A stretch of DNA of 52,700 nt from a bacterium. Its GTDB lineage: Bacteria > CLD3 > SB21. A program made the translations under genes and the position numbers. The notes below the pieces were generated by a model. The model ran no database searches, was not told where the DNA came from, and worked only from the letters and a program-made list of their open reading frames with translations. The DNA lies in the NCBI GenBank assembly GCA_013360215.1, contig JABWCP010000039.1, forward strand, positions 1-52,700, in the 5' to 3' direction. Shown piece after piece: positions 10,249-19,019 of the stretch; within the stretch, counting starts at the first letter, position 1, and each line of letters starts with the position of its first letter.

Positions 10249-10998
10249 TTATTTGTGAATACGCCCGATGCGCATAAACATCGGCCATTCGACCGGGCGT
10301 TTCTCCGAACCCCAAAGATTGTGCAGTTCACCGGTTATCCAATCAACCGGATCTTTGCCGTGTACTTTTAAATAACCTTGCACGCTGGACCATGTACGCA
10401 AGTAGCCGATCAAATCATCTACTGTCAGAGTATGATTGATAGCAAAGGAAGGCGCTGAAATTTCCTCAAATGGAAACGGTATCGTTTTATATTGCTCCTC
10501 AACCCAGCGTCGTTCTTTGGGCCAAAATGGCCCGGCTATATCGTAATACAAACGATCTACGAGGATATCTATTTCGTTAGAAATCTTTACACGATCATAC
10601 GCCCATACTGCGAGAAGAGCGTCCGGCCGAGCTACACGTTTGACTTCGCCGTAAAACGCATGCATGTCAAACCAATGAATGGATGCGGCCGCTGTGATGA
10701 TATCCACACTACCTGTTTCTAAATGACTTTGTTCTGCGGGTTCTACAAAATAATGAACTTTCGGATGCGGTTGCGCTTGGCGAATCTGCTGTGCGCTGGC
10801 ATCGGTCGCCGTAACAGTATCAAAAGATTCTGCTAACCGGATTGCCGCCTGCCCATTACCGGTGCCGCAATCCCACGCGTTTTCTTGCCGCGCCGTAAGA
10901 CTTATCAGCCACGCATAAAAGGGTTCCGGATAATGCGGGCGAAACGTCGCATAGGCTTCCGCATGACCGGAAAAATGATCTTTAAATATTATATCCAT
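10249..10998 (-). CDS. Class I SAM-dependent methyltransferase
   Basis: FKDHFS..YATFRPHYP, WDCGTGNGQ, AASIHWFD. Confidence 0.92.
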   Translation of the reverse strand: MDIIFKDHFSGHAEAYATFRPHYPEPFYAWLISLTARQENAWDCGTGNGQAAIRLAESFDTVTATDASAQQIRQAQPHPKVHYFVEPAEQSHLETGSVDIITAAASIHWFDMHAFYGEVKRVARPDALLAVWAYDRVKISNEIDILVDRLYYDIAGPFWPKERRWVEEQYKTIPFPFEEISAPSFAINHTLTVDDLIGYLRTWSSVQGYLKVHGKDPVDWITGELHNLWGSEKRPVEWPMFMRIGRIHK

Positions 10999-11372
10999 TC
11001 TACCACGTCGTCGAGCACTGCACGTGCAGGGCTCCAATTTTCTTCTTTGACTAAAATATAATCCGTATCGAACGTCGAGACGGCAAAAATACTGATCCCG
11101 GCTTCACCAAGCGGTGCGATCACCGAAGCCAATACGCCCGTCATTTCAAAAGGTATCGGTCCCACGATTTTAAAAGCACGCCAACCGTGTTCAGCTCGGG
11201 CATCCGGCGGGACAAGGATTTGTTTACACACGATACTCAATTCCTCATCTGTTCGCGTAACCGAAAAAAAACCATCTTTCGATTGGAGCCAGGGCGGCCA
11301 CGGCGCATCCGATGCTAAACGAACAACCGACAATCCGGCCGGTCCGTTTTGTATTCGGAGTTTGGTTTTCAT
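10989..11372 (-). CDS. ACT-domain protein (ACT_7/CASTOR-like)
   Basis: FFSVTRTDEELSIVC; GISIFAVSTFDTDYILV. Confidence 0.88.
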   Translation of the reverse strand: MKTKLRIQNGPAGLSVVRLASDAPWPPWLQSKDGFFSVTRTDEELSIVCKQILVPPDARAEHGWRAFKIVGPIPFEMTGVLASVIAPLGEAGISIFAVSTFDTDYILVKEENWSPARAVLDDVVEWI

Positions 11373-12517
11373 GAACGCAACGCCTCTCGAATATCATCAA
11401 GTATATCCGTGGCGTTTTCGATACCGACGGACAATCGCATCAGCGCATCCGTAATACCCGCTTGTTTTTTTTCCTCGGCCGAAAGGCGCAGATGTGAAGT
11501 TTTAGAAGGCATACACAGTGTGGATTCTACACCGCCAAGACTCAGCGCCGGCTTGATCAATCTCAGTTGTTCTAAAAATTGATCCGGTGAAATAACCGCG
11601 GTATCAATATCAAAGGATAACATCCCGCCAAAACCTCGCATCTGACGCTTCGCAACGGCATGACCGTCGTGCGATGCCAGCCCGGGATAATAAACGCGTT
11701 TGATACGTTTCTCATTTTGCAATGCTTCAGCCAGCGTCATCGCATTATGATTATGACGGTCAACCCGAACCGAAAGCGTTTTGATACTGCGCTCCAGCAG
11801 ATAACACGTTTCGGCATTGAGGCTACCGCCGAACATGTTGGCTTTTTTTCGAATCGCATCCGCTAACGCTTCGCGGGTAACGATCACACCGCAACAAATA
11901 TCGCTATGCCCGCCGAGATACTTGGTACCGCTGTGCATTACGATGTCTATTCCGAGTGCGATAGGATTCTGATTGACGGACGACGCAAACGTATTGTCAA
12001 TCATCGTCGTGACGCCGTGCTTTTTACCGATGGCCGCGATCACCTCTATATCTATGATTTTGAGCAACGGATTGTTAGGCGTTTCGATGTAGATCAATTT
12101 GGTGTTGGGCCGAATTGCCTTTTCATACTCTGCAGGATCCAGCGATCGGACAAACGAATATTCAATACCGAGCGGTTCCAGTTGTGTCGCTGCGAAATGG
12201 TACGTACCGCCGTAAATATCGTATTGCAGTAAAATATGATCGCCTTTGCGGGCTAATGTGAGCATCGTCGTGCTGATCGCCGCCATACCGGAGCTAAACA
12301 ATACACCGGCTTCGGCTTTTTCCAATGCGGCAATTTTTTCAATGACCGCCTGTTGGTTCGGTGTATTGTAATACCGCGGATACACCATCGGCCCGGCGGT
12401 TTTGTATTCAAACGCCGTAGAAGTATAAATCGGTGTATTGACACCGGGAAATTCACCGCTGCGTTTGGTACCGGCATGGATACACAAGGAGTCATCCGAT
12501 AATTTTTTCTGCATCAC
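11369..12517 (-). CDS. PLP-dependent trans-sulfuration enzyme (cystathionine gamma-synthase/lyase family)
   Basis: FSSGMAAI, YIETPNNP, DNTFA, HSGTKYLGGHSD (PLP Lys), SLGGVES, RLSVGIE. Confidence 0.93.
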   Translation of the reverse strand: MMQKKLSDDSLCIHAGTKRSGEFPGVNTPIYTSTAFEYKTAGPMVYPRYYNTPNQQAVIEKIAALEKAEAGVLFSSGMAAISTTMLTLARKGDHILLQYDIYGGTYHFAATQLEPLGIEYSFVRSLDPAEYEKAIRPNTKLIYIETPNNPLLKIIDIEVIAAIGKKHGVTTMIDNTFASSVNQNPIALGIDIVMHSGTKYLGGHSDICCGVIVTREALADAIRKKANMFGGSLNAETCYLLERSIKTLSVRVDRHNHNAMTLAEALQNEKRIKRVYYPGLASHDGHAVAKRQMRGFGGMLSFDIDTAVISPDQFLEQLRLIKPALSLGGVESTLCMPSKTSHLRLSAEEKKQAGITDALMRLSVGIENATDILDDIREALRS

Positions 12518-12529
12518 AATTTCCTTTTT

Positions 12530-12961
12530 TTAAGATGGTTTGAAAATCAACCACAAGCCGCCCATACATAAAACAATACCGGTTATTTTTTCCCATGATA
12601 AATGTTCATTGAAAAACAGAATGCCTATGGGCAAAAGCAAAAGTGTCACGGTCACATTGGATGTCACGGCGCCAAGACTGATATTCCACCCGGCACGGTA
12701 AGCCAGTAAAAAGCCAATTTCTATGCCGACGATCGCAATACCGACAGCCAACGTGGCCCAGTTGACATCCCGCCAACCTGCTTGCGTTAGATGGGTATCG
12801 CTAAAAAACGGATACAAACATAACGAGGTCGTCAACGCTACCGCATAAGCGATGATCGTCGGAATGATCGGATTGAGATGCGACGGTATGGATTTTTGTG
12901 CGATATGGTAGATCACGTTGGATGCCACCGTCAACATCATCGGAAAATAAAAAGATTTCAT
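12530..12961 (-). CDS. Single-repeat EamA-family transporter
   Basis: About 5 TM segments; YHIAQKS and GFLLAYRAGW. Confidence 0.8.
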   Translation of the reverse strand: MKSFYFPMMLTVASNVIYHIAQKSIPSHLNPIIPTIIAYAVALTTSLCLYPFFSDTHLTQAGWRDVNWATLAVGIAIVGIEIGFLLAYRAGWNISLGAVTSNVTVTLLLLPIGILFFNEHLSWEKITGIVLCMGGLWLIFKPS

Positions 12962-12984
12962 AGATCTTTCGGTTAATAGCCGAT

Positions 12985-13497
12985 TTATTTTTTTAGATAG
13001 CGCTCTTTGATGATGCCCACATGGTGCAATTCATGCCCGACTAAAATATAAGCCATCGCACGTACGCTGGTTGTGCGCCCGTTGGCCGTGCCGCGCTCCT
13101 GCAACGCTTCGTCGTCCAAGCTTTCAAATAGCGTGAGCGAAGCGGCCCGCACGGTTTGGTATTCGTTCAAAATACTCTCTGCGGTACGCTGCGTTGCTTT
13201 GGACGCGGGTACGTATATGTTTTCATCAAATCCCGGCAAATCGGTTTTGTCTTTTCGCGCAAAACGAAGCGCACGATACGAAAAAATTCGTTCGGCATCG
13301 GATAAGTGCATCAAAACTTCTTTGATACTCCATTTTCCTTCAGCATAACGATAGTTCAACAGATCTTCGCTCAATGGGCTAATGAGTTTTACGGTATTCT
13401 CTACACCTTGCCGCATTTGTTGTACAATATCGCCGTCCGGTACTTTGCTTACGTACGTTTCAAAAAACGAGGGGTATTCATCTTTCGTTGGACGCAT
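12985..13497 (-). CDS. DinB family protein
   Basis: YAEGKWSIKEVLMHLSDAERIF; GHELHH. Confidence 0.9.
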   Translation of the reverse strand: MRPTKDEYPSFFETYVSKVPDGDIVQQMRQGVENTVKLISPLSEDLLNYRYAEGKWSIKEVLMHLSDAERIFSYRALRFARKDKTDLPGFDENIYVPASKATQRTAESILNEYQTVRAASLTLFESLDDEALQERGTANGRTTSVRAMAYILVGHELHHVGIIKERYLKK

Positions 13498-13546
13498 ATG
13501 CGCTCCTGTTGGTTATGGCTTATTATAGATGACGTCTTTCAATAAC

Positions 13547-14056
13547 TTAATAGCCGACGTTTTTACTGCGGCGTTCCATCAATACCACGTCGCGCCAAAC
13601 TCCTTGATACTGACCTAATTTCTCTCGATAGCCTATTTCACGAAATCCGCAAGCTGCGTGTAATTTCAAACTGGCTGTATTCTCGCGTAAAATTCCCGCT
13701 TGTAAAGTCCACAATCCTTGCGATTCCGATGAAACCGTCAATTGATTAAGTAGTTTTTTTCCAATTCCTTTTCCCTTATAAGCCGGGTGAATATACACAC
13801 TCACCTCAGCTACACCGGCATATACACAACGGCCGGACACCGGCGTCAATGCAGCCCATCCGGCGATAATATTATTATCCATCGCCACAAAACGGCATTG
13901 CGGTATATGTGCTTTATCCCATGCCTCCCAACTCGGTACGGATGTTTCAAGCGTAGCATTTCCCGTTTCAATGCCGGCCTGATATATGGCGGCGACTTCC
14001 GGCCAATGCTTAGACTCCATCATTTGCAATGCGTATGTATTTGTTGTCGCGTTCAC
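13547..14056 (-). CDS. GNAT N-acetyltransferase (phosphinothricin acetyltransferase-like)
   Basis: IYQAGIETGNAT, VSGRCVYAGVAEVSVY, KGKGIG, NTASLKLH, WRDV; GTG start at 14056. Confidence 0.9.
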   Translation of the reverse strand: MNATTNTYALQMMESKHWPEVAAIYQAGIETGNATLETSVPSWEAWDKAHIPQCRFVAMDNNIIAGWAALTPVSGRCVYAGVAEVSVYIHPAYKGKGIGKKLLNQLTVSSESQGLWTLQAGILRENTASLKLHAACGFREIGYREKLGQYQGVWRDVVLMERRSKNVGY

Positions 14057-14057
14057 T

Positions 14058-14627
14058 TTATTTTTCTCCGGCTTTGATGGATCCACCGGCCGTCGTATTA
14101 AATGCGCATGCATGCAAAATCAATTGCCCATTAGTTGTATCGGCGCTCATGCTGATCCACCCGTAGTGATGTTGATCGCTTACGGTAAAACGTACGCCCA
14201 CAAATTGATGATTCGCTTTAGACCAATTGCCCCGCCAGACGGAATCGGTAGCAGATGTATAAAGAATCGAACACAAATCATTTTCGAACACATCCCATTG
14301 TTTAGGACTTGCGGGCGACGATGAAATAAGCGCGTTCTGAGCAAGAGCGGGTATCTCCGCTGATGAAGTATTGTACAACACGGCATTGGAAGTGGTGCCG
14401 TTGATTACAAACTGCAACACGGTTTTTCCGTCTTCCTGCATTAGTGATGTGGTGAAGGAATAATCCTCCGCACCGTTGCTATCCAGATCCACCGTCTGCG
14501 GTGACAGATATTTGACGGCACGATCATTGAGCGAACGATGAAAAATTTCTTTCTCTGACGAAGTTTTATCTTCGCCGCATCCGATCAATATCAAAACACA
14601 CGATACGGTTAGAGTCATTCGTAACAT
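14058..14627 (-). CDS. Lipoprotein of unknown function
   Basis: Lipobox LIG-C; DLDSNGAED Ca-binding-like loop; YGWI motif. Confidence 0.7.
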   Translation of the reverse strand: MLRMTLTVSCVLILIGCGEDKTSSEKEIFHRSLNDRAVKYLSPQTVDLDSNGAEDYSFTTSLMQEDGKTVLQFVINGTTSNAVLYNTSSAEIPALAQNALISSSPASPKQWDVFENDLCSILYTSATDSVWRGNWSKANHQFVGVRFTVSDQHHYGWISMSADTTNGQLILHACAFNTTAGGSIKAGEK

Positions 14628-14735
14628 ACGTTTCCCCGATTTAGTTACTTAGAAATAGTAAATTGTAAAACATAACTTTTTTTACCTGTACTTATATCAT
14701 ATCTGCATATTTTCTTAGTACGCGTTTTTTGAACT

Positions 14736-15194
14736 TTATTTCAACGCTGTTGTTACGGGTAAAAAATAGCGATACGTATCTGTGTTGCGCTGATAACCTA
14801 ATTTTTCATACAGCGCCTGCGCTTGAACATTTTCAACACCTGTTTCCAGTTCAATGCCTTTAGCGCCTGTTTCGACGGCAAAGCGACGTGCTTTTTCCAT
14901 CAAAGCCTCACCGACACCCGATCGGCGCGCCGTTTGGCTCACGTATAAATCATTAAGTAACCAAACCGGTTGCATGGACACCGATGAAAAAAGAGGATAC
15001 AACTGCGTAAAACCCACGGCGTTTTCTTTCGCATCCAGGGCTATAAAAACAACGGACTCCCCGTTACGAATCCGGGTCGATAAAAAAATTTTGGCCGCCG
15101 ATTCATCGGACGATTGATGATAAAACATTTGATATGCATCAAAAAGTGGTACCAATTTGTCTATATGCCGTTCTTCACAGCGTATGATATTCAT
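14736..15194 (-). CDS. GNAT N-acetyltransferase
   Basis: GFTQLYPLFSSV, WLLNDLYV, RRSGVG, AQALYEKLGY. Confidence 0.9.
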   Translation of the reverse strand: MNIIRCEERHIDKLVPLFDAYQMFYHQSSDESAAKIFLSTRIRNGESVVFIALDAKENAVGFTQLYPLFSSVSMQPVWLLNDLYVSQTARRSGVGEALMEKARRFAVETGAKGIELETGVENVQAQALYEKLGYQRNTDTYRYFLPVTTALK

Positions 15195-15745
15195 CCGCGT
15201 TTCCTTTTATTCTTCGATGTTTTTTTCACCTGTTTTGTTTTTGCTTTTTTGGCCGGTTTGTTTTTTCCTGTCCAGCCCATACGAACACGCAAACCATTGA
15301 TGTGCTCGCAGTGTTTTTCACCATGATTGGCATACGTCAAAAGAATACGCTCCAGTGACATTACACCGTTTGCGGGATGCATGACTGTCCGCGACCAATC
15401 GGATTCTTGCACGCGATCCCAAAACTGTCCCCATCGTGCATGCAACGCTTTGATAATCGTCATCGAATAATCCACCGGTAAACTCTTGCCGTCTTCCATT
15501 TCTGCCCAGGCATCCTGATCGTACGGTTTGATCGTCGGATGATCTTCCGACACAGCCAGTTTAGCCCGGATATAGGCATTCATATGCGAATCGGCGATAT
15601 GATGCACAACCTGACGCGGCGTCCATCCGCCTTCACGATACGGCGTATCCATTTGTTTTTTGTTCAAGCCGGCTATGGCTTTTTCTAAGTTTTTGGGTAA
15701 GTCTTTGATCTTTTTTATCAGTATCCCACGTTCATCGCGTGTCAT
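15191..15745 (-). CDS. yfiT: YfiT/BstA-family (bacillithiol) S-transferase, DinB superfamily
   Basis: [39 protein letters not shown], HG-KH. Confidence 0.88.
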   Translation of the reverse strand: [184 protein letters not shown]

Positions 15746-15775
15746 ATCAATTCCTTTTTATTTATACAACCAACA

Positions 15776-16174
15776 TTATTTGCTATTGTTTTGAATCAAT
15801 GCCACTTTGAATGGCAGTAGTTGGGCTGTCATGACACCCGCTTGCACAGCGGCGTCACCGGCCATGATTTTTTGTGCCGCACTTTCATCCGTCGCCCAAA
15901 ACACCGCGATACCAAACGTATTTTCATTCATCACATCCGTTCGTCCTGCAAAAATCAAAGTACCTTCAGCCAACAAGTTTTTGAGGTAATTGAAATGACG
16001 TCCGACGGCCGCGTTATCTGCCTCTTTCCAGTTTTCTTCTTTGAGTAAATCCGGCCGAAGTTTGAGGACATACACAAATTGTTTTTTACCGGTATTTTTA
16101 TCGGCCGGTTTTTTTTCTTCCTGCGCACAAAGTACGCTCGCCATAAAAACCCATAGAACCACATAACGCATCAT
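15776..16174 (-). CDS. YciI-family protein with signal peptide
   Basis: HFNYLKNL..GTLIFAGRT..D-AV-AGVM; hydrophobic N-terminus. Confidence 0.8.
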   Translation of the reverse strand: MMRYVVLWVFMASVLCAQEEKKPADKNTGKKQFVYVLKLRPDLLKEENWKEADNAAVGRHFNYLKNLLAEGTLIFAGRTDVMNENTFGIAVFWATDESAAQKIMAGDAAVQAGVMTAQLLPFKVALIQNNSK

Positions 16175-16695
16175 AGAACCTCCGGGATGGTAACGGTGTG
16201 TGTTTCAGTTTTGTATATTTCAAATCCAAGTTTTTGATACAGCGGCAAAGCCCTCGGGTGATCAAGCGAACACGTATGCACCCAAAAACGCTGCGGCTTA
16301 TATTGCCACGCCTTTTCGATAATCCAGGTCAGCAAAAAGCGGCCGTAACGTTTACTGATAAATTCCGGTATGATGCCAAAATATTTCAATTCGATCTCCC
16401 CGGCTATACGACGATCTATCTCCGCATAACCTGCCGGCACACCGCGATCATACAGAACATAAACTTCCACCAGCGCATCCTGCGTCTCTTCGGCCAATTC
16501 TTCATCCGCCATTTTTTTTCGATCTATCCAATTCCAATCCGCACCCACCGCATCGTACAAAAACCGATAAAACTTTACCGTCGGATTTTCAGCGCGAATG
16601 ATCACACAATCGGGCGGCATCGCTAGAGTTTCGATGGACGGTTTTTGATGCATCGCCAGGTACGTCGTGACGACGCTTACGTCTTTCGTTTTCAT
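16171..16695 (-). CDS. GNAT N-acetyltransferase
   Basis: YFGIIPEF..RYG, WVHTCSLDHPRALPLYQKLGF. Confidence 0.88.
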   Translation of the reverse strand: MKTKDVSVVTTYLAMHQKPSIETLAMPPDCVIIRAENPTVKFYRFLYDAVGADWNWIDRKKMADEELAEETQDALVEVYVLYDRGVPAGYAEIDRRIAGEIELKYFGIIPEFISKRYGRFLLTWIIEKAWQYKPQRFWVHTCSLDHPRALPLYQKLGFEIYKTETHTVTIPEVL

Positions 16696-17159
16696 AGACG
16701 GTTTTCCTTGGCGATTTTCGAATAAATATTCATATCTACGATTTCCATCAACCGTTCGGGTTTCGCGGTTACATTAAATCCAAATTGTTTGTAAAGCCCA
16801 TGTGCGTCAAGCGTGGCCAGCATCCATCGCCTCAGGTTTTGCAATTCGGGATGACTTTGGATGCATCCCATCAGCCATTTGGACAACCCTTTACCGCGGT
16901 GCGAAGCGACAACAAAAACGTCGGCAAGGTACGCAAATGTAGCATAATCCGTGATCACCCGTGCAAAACCGATTTGCTTCGCTTCATGATAGATGCCAAA
17001 ACAAAGCGAATGACGTATGGATTTTTCCACAACAGACCGGGGAATATCTTTTGCCCAATAAGACGCGCCTAAAAAACCATGAATCACATCCACATCCAGA
17101 TTTTTTGGATCGGTATCAATTACGTACGCTTCGTTTTTCCAAATCATTGTTGCGCCCAT
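16692..17159 (-). CDS. GNAT N-acetyltransferase
   Basis: QIGFARVITDYATFAYLADVFV..HRGKGL; DAHGLYKQFGF. Confidence 0.92.
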   Translation of the reverse strand: MGATMIWKNEAYVIDTDPKNLDVDVIHGFLGASYWAKDIPRSVVEKSIRHSLCFGIYHEAKQIGFARVITDYATFAYLADVFVVASHRGKGLSKWLMGCIQSHPELQNLRRWMLATLDAHGLYKQFGFNVTAKPERLMEIVDMNIYSKIAKENRL

Positions 17160-17176
17160 AAGTAAACATTTAAAAT

Positions 17177-17803
17177 TTAAGAAAATTCCGGTGTATGTTT
17201 TTCCATCAGATCGGCTATCCGATGGGAATTTCCGTCTTTGCTGTTACGCAATTGACGAATAATATTTTCATAATCCGAGCGGTGACGATTCTGGCTCAAT
17301 TTGAAAGCCGCATCCACCTTTTCTATTTGGATTTCTATCCCCACCAAACCTTGGGCTTCGCGGTTGTAATAATCTTTCGGTAAGGATTGAACAGAATATG
17401 TATTGCCGTGTGCCGATTCATATGTATCTACCAATACGGTGAGCATTTCACGAATAGCTTTCGGATCATCTATGATACGGGCGCGCCCCGCGATGTGGAC
17501 GGACGCATAGTTCCACGTCGGCACATTGACATGATCATACCATGTCGGCGTGATATGCACATGCGGCCCCAGAAAAACCGCCAAAACGGTCTGACCTTCC
17601 ACGTCTTTCCATTGCGGATTGGCCTTGGATATATGCGTACGCAGCACACCGTGCGGGCTTCCGTCGGAAAGCCACTGCATCGGTATGTGTGTGGCCCATG
17701 GCTTGCCGTCCGATTGACTGAATAACGTTCCAAATTCGTACTCCGCCACAAACGTACGAATCGTATCTATATCCGTGATCCGATATCGTTTTGGAATGAA
17801 CAT
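17177..17803 (-). CDS. paiB: FMN-binding negative transcriptional regulator (PaiB family)
   Basis: ATHIP, HISKANPQW, VPTWNY, KLSQNR. Confidence 0.9.
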   Translation of the reverse strand: MFIPKRYRITDIDTIRTFVAEYEFGTLFSQSDGKPWATHIPMQWLSDGSPHGVLRTHISKANPQWKDVEGQTVLAVFLGPHVHITPTWYDHVNVPTWNYASVHIAGRARIIDDPKAIREMLTVLVDTYESAHGNTYSVQSLPKDYYNREAQGLVGIEIQIEKVDAAFKLSQNRHRSDYENIIRQLRNSKDGNSHRIADLMEKHTPEFS

Positions 17804-17806
17804 ACG

Positions 17807-18733
17807 TTACTCCGCAGTGATGGTTTTTGTTGCGGCCCTCAACCCGGTTTTTTCGGCGGCCTTGACGATGATCTCCCAATTGAAAAGTAAAATAGCCACG
17901 GCGAGGAGACTGTATGAAATCACAGCCAGCTCGTTCAGGTCTTCGCCGTACCATACGATCGCCGTGACGAAACTAATAATCGGGTTGATGTAAATCAAAA
18001 ACGCAAGCTGGGACGAACCCATACCGTTGAGCGCGTACAGATTGAGCAAAAGCGGTGTTACGGTAAAAACGATCGCAATGATCGTGACATTGATCCAGAA
18101 GTGCATCGGCAAATCAACCGGTGCAGTATGTATGGGATCCATCGTCAAAAGTAATGCTGTGCCAACGATCATTTGCAGAGCGAGATTGGTACGGCGCGGC
18201 ATATACGTGTTTTTACGTTGAGTGATCAGATAAAAACTATACGACAGCGTGATCGCCGCTATGTATGCCATCTGGCGCGCATCCACATTGGCCATCAAAT
18301 AACAACTGACACCGCTCATCGCTACCGCGGCCCACCGCATCGCATTCAGTTTCTCTTTGAGCAGGATCAATGCCAAAAACGCAGTCGCTATGGGTAAAAT
18401 CAAATAAGAAAACGAAGCGGCGTTGATGCTGACATGATTGACTACATAAACGTACGTTACCCAATTCGTCGCCAAAAGTCCTCCGCCGATAGACGTCAAT
18501 ATCAGCATATGCAAAAAATCTTTTTTTGAGCGACGGTATAATCCTCCGATCGCTTGCGAAGTCTCACCCCACAAAAGGAGCGCTACACCTGTCATGGCCA
18601 AAGCCGCCAGCAAAATGCGATAAAAAATTATTTCGTAATCATCAAACCCTTGCAGTTTTTTCAAAAAAATGGGAACAAACCCCCAAATCACATAAGACAT
18701 TAATCCGCTAAAAAAGTACTTTTTGGAACTCAT
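17807..18733 (-). CDS. rarD: RarD-like EamA transporter
   Basis: SYVIWGFVPIF, EIIFYR, LLATNWVTYVY, ASFSYLILP, YINP. Confidence 0.8.
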   Translation of the reverse strand: MSSKKYFFSGLMSYVIWGFVPIFLKKLQGFDDYEIIFYRILLAALAMTGVALLLWGETSQAIGGLYRRSKKDFLHMLILTSIGGGLLATNWVTYVYVVNHVSINAASFSYLILPIATAFLALILLKEKLNAMRWAAVAMSGVSCYLMANVDARQMAYIAAITLSYSFYLITQRKNTYMPRRTNLALQMIVGTALLLTMDPIHTAPVDLPMHFWINVTIIAIVFTVTPLLLNLYALNGMGSSQLAFLIYINPIISFVTAIVWYGEDLNELAVISYSLLAVAILLFNWEIIVKAAEKTGLRAATKTITAE

Positions 18734-18742
18734 AATGAAATA

Positions 18743-18864
18743 TAGTCCAATTTTTTAATTAATAAATAGTCCAATATGTCATTCGTTTGATAAAGGTAGT
18801 CCAATATAGGATACATTTACACTGTCAAAAAGTACCAATTTTTGTGTTTTCATTATAGACCATT
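18743..18864 (-). promoter_or_regulatory. Putative MocR/PdxR operator: three perfect TAGTCCAAT direct repeats plus degenerate copies
   Basis: TAGTCCAAT at 18743, 18767 and 18797; AAGTACCAAT at 18830; TAGACCATT at 18856; directly upstream of the first cluster gene. Confidence 0.7.
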
Positions 18865-18956
18865 GTATTTTTTTCTAAAAATTTTTGTTTTAATGGTACA
18901 AATCAAATCCTTGCGGCGCATCGAAGAAACACATTCGCAAATAGCATAGAATTGCC

Positions 18957-18985
18957 TTGCTAAAAACAGCCTTCCCGCCTATATT
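18957..18985 (+). promoter_or_regulatory. Sigma70-like promoter of pyrB
   Basis: TTGCTA-17 bp-TATATT, -10 preceded by GCC; same pattern at three other sites. Confidence 0.65.
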
Positions 18986-19019
18986 GCCGCGAAATTTCCG
19001 AGATTTTGTGTTGCCTTCT

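Noticed and set aside
18734-19019. Riboswitch or PyrR attenuator upstream of pyrB or rarD
   Set aside because: AT-rich with no convincing stems, and the predicted pyrB leader is only about 30 nt.
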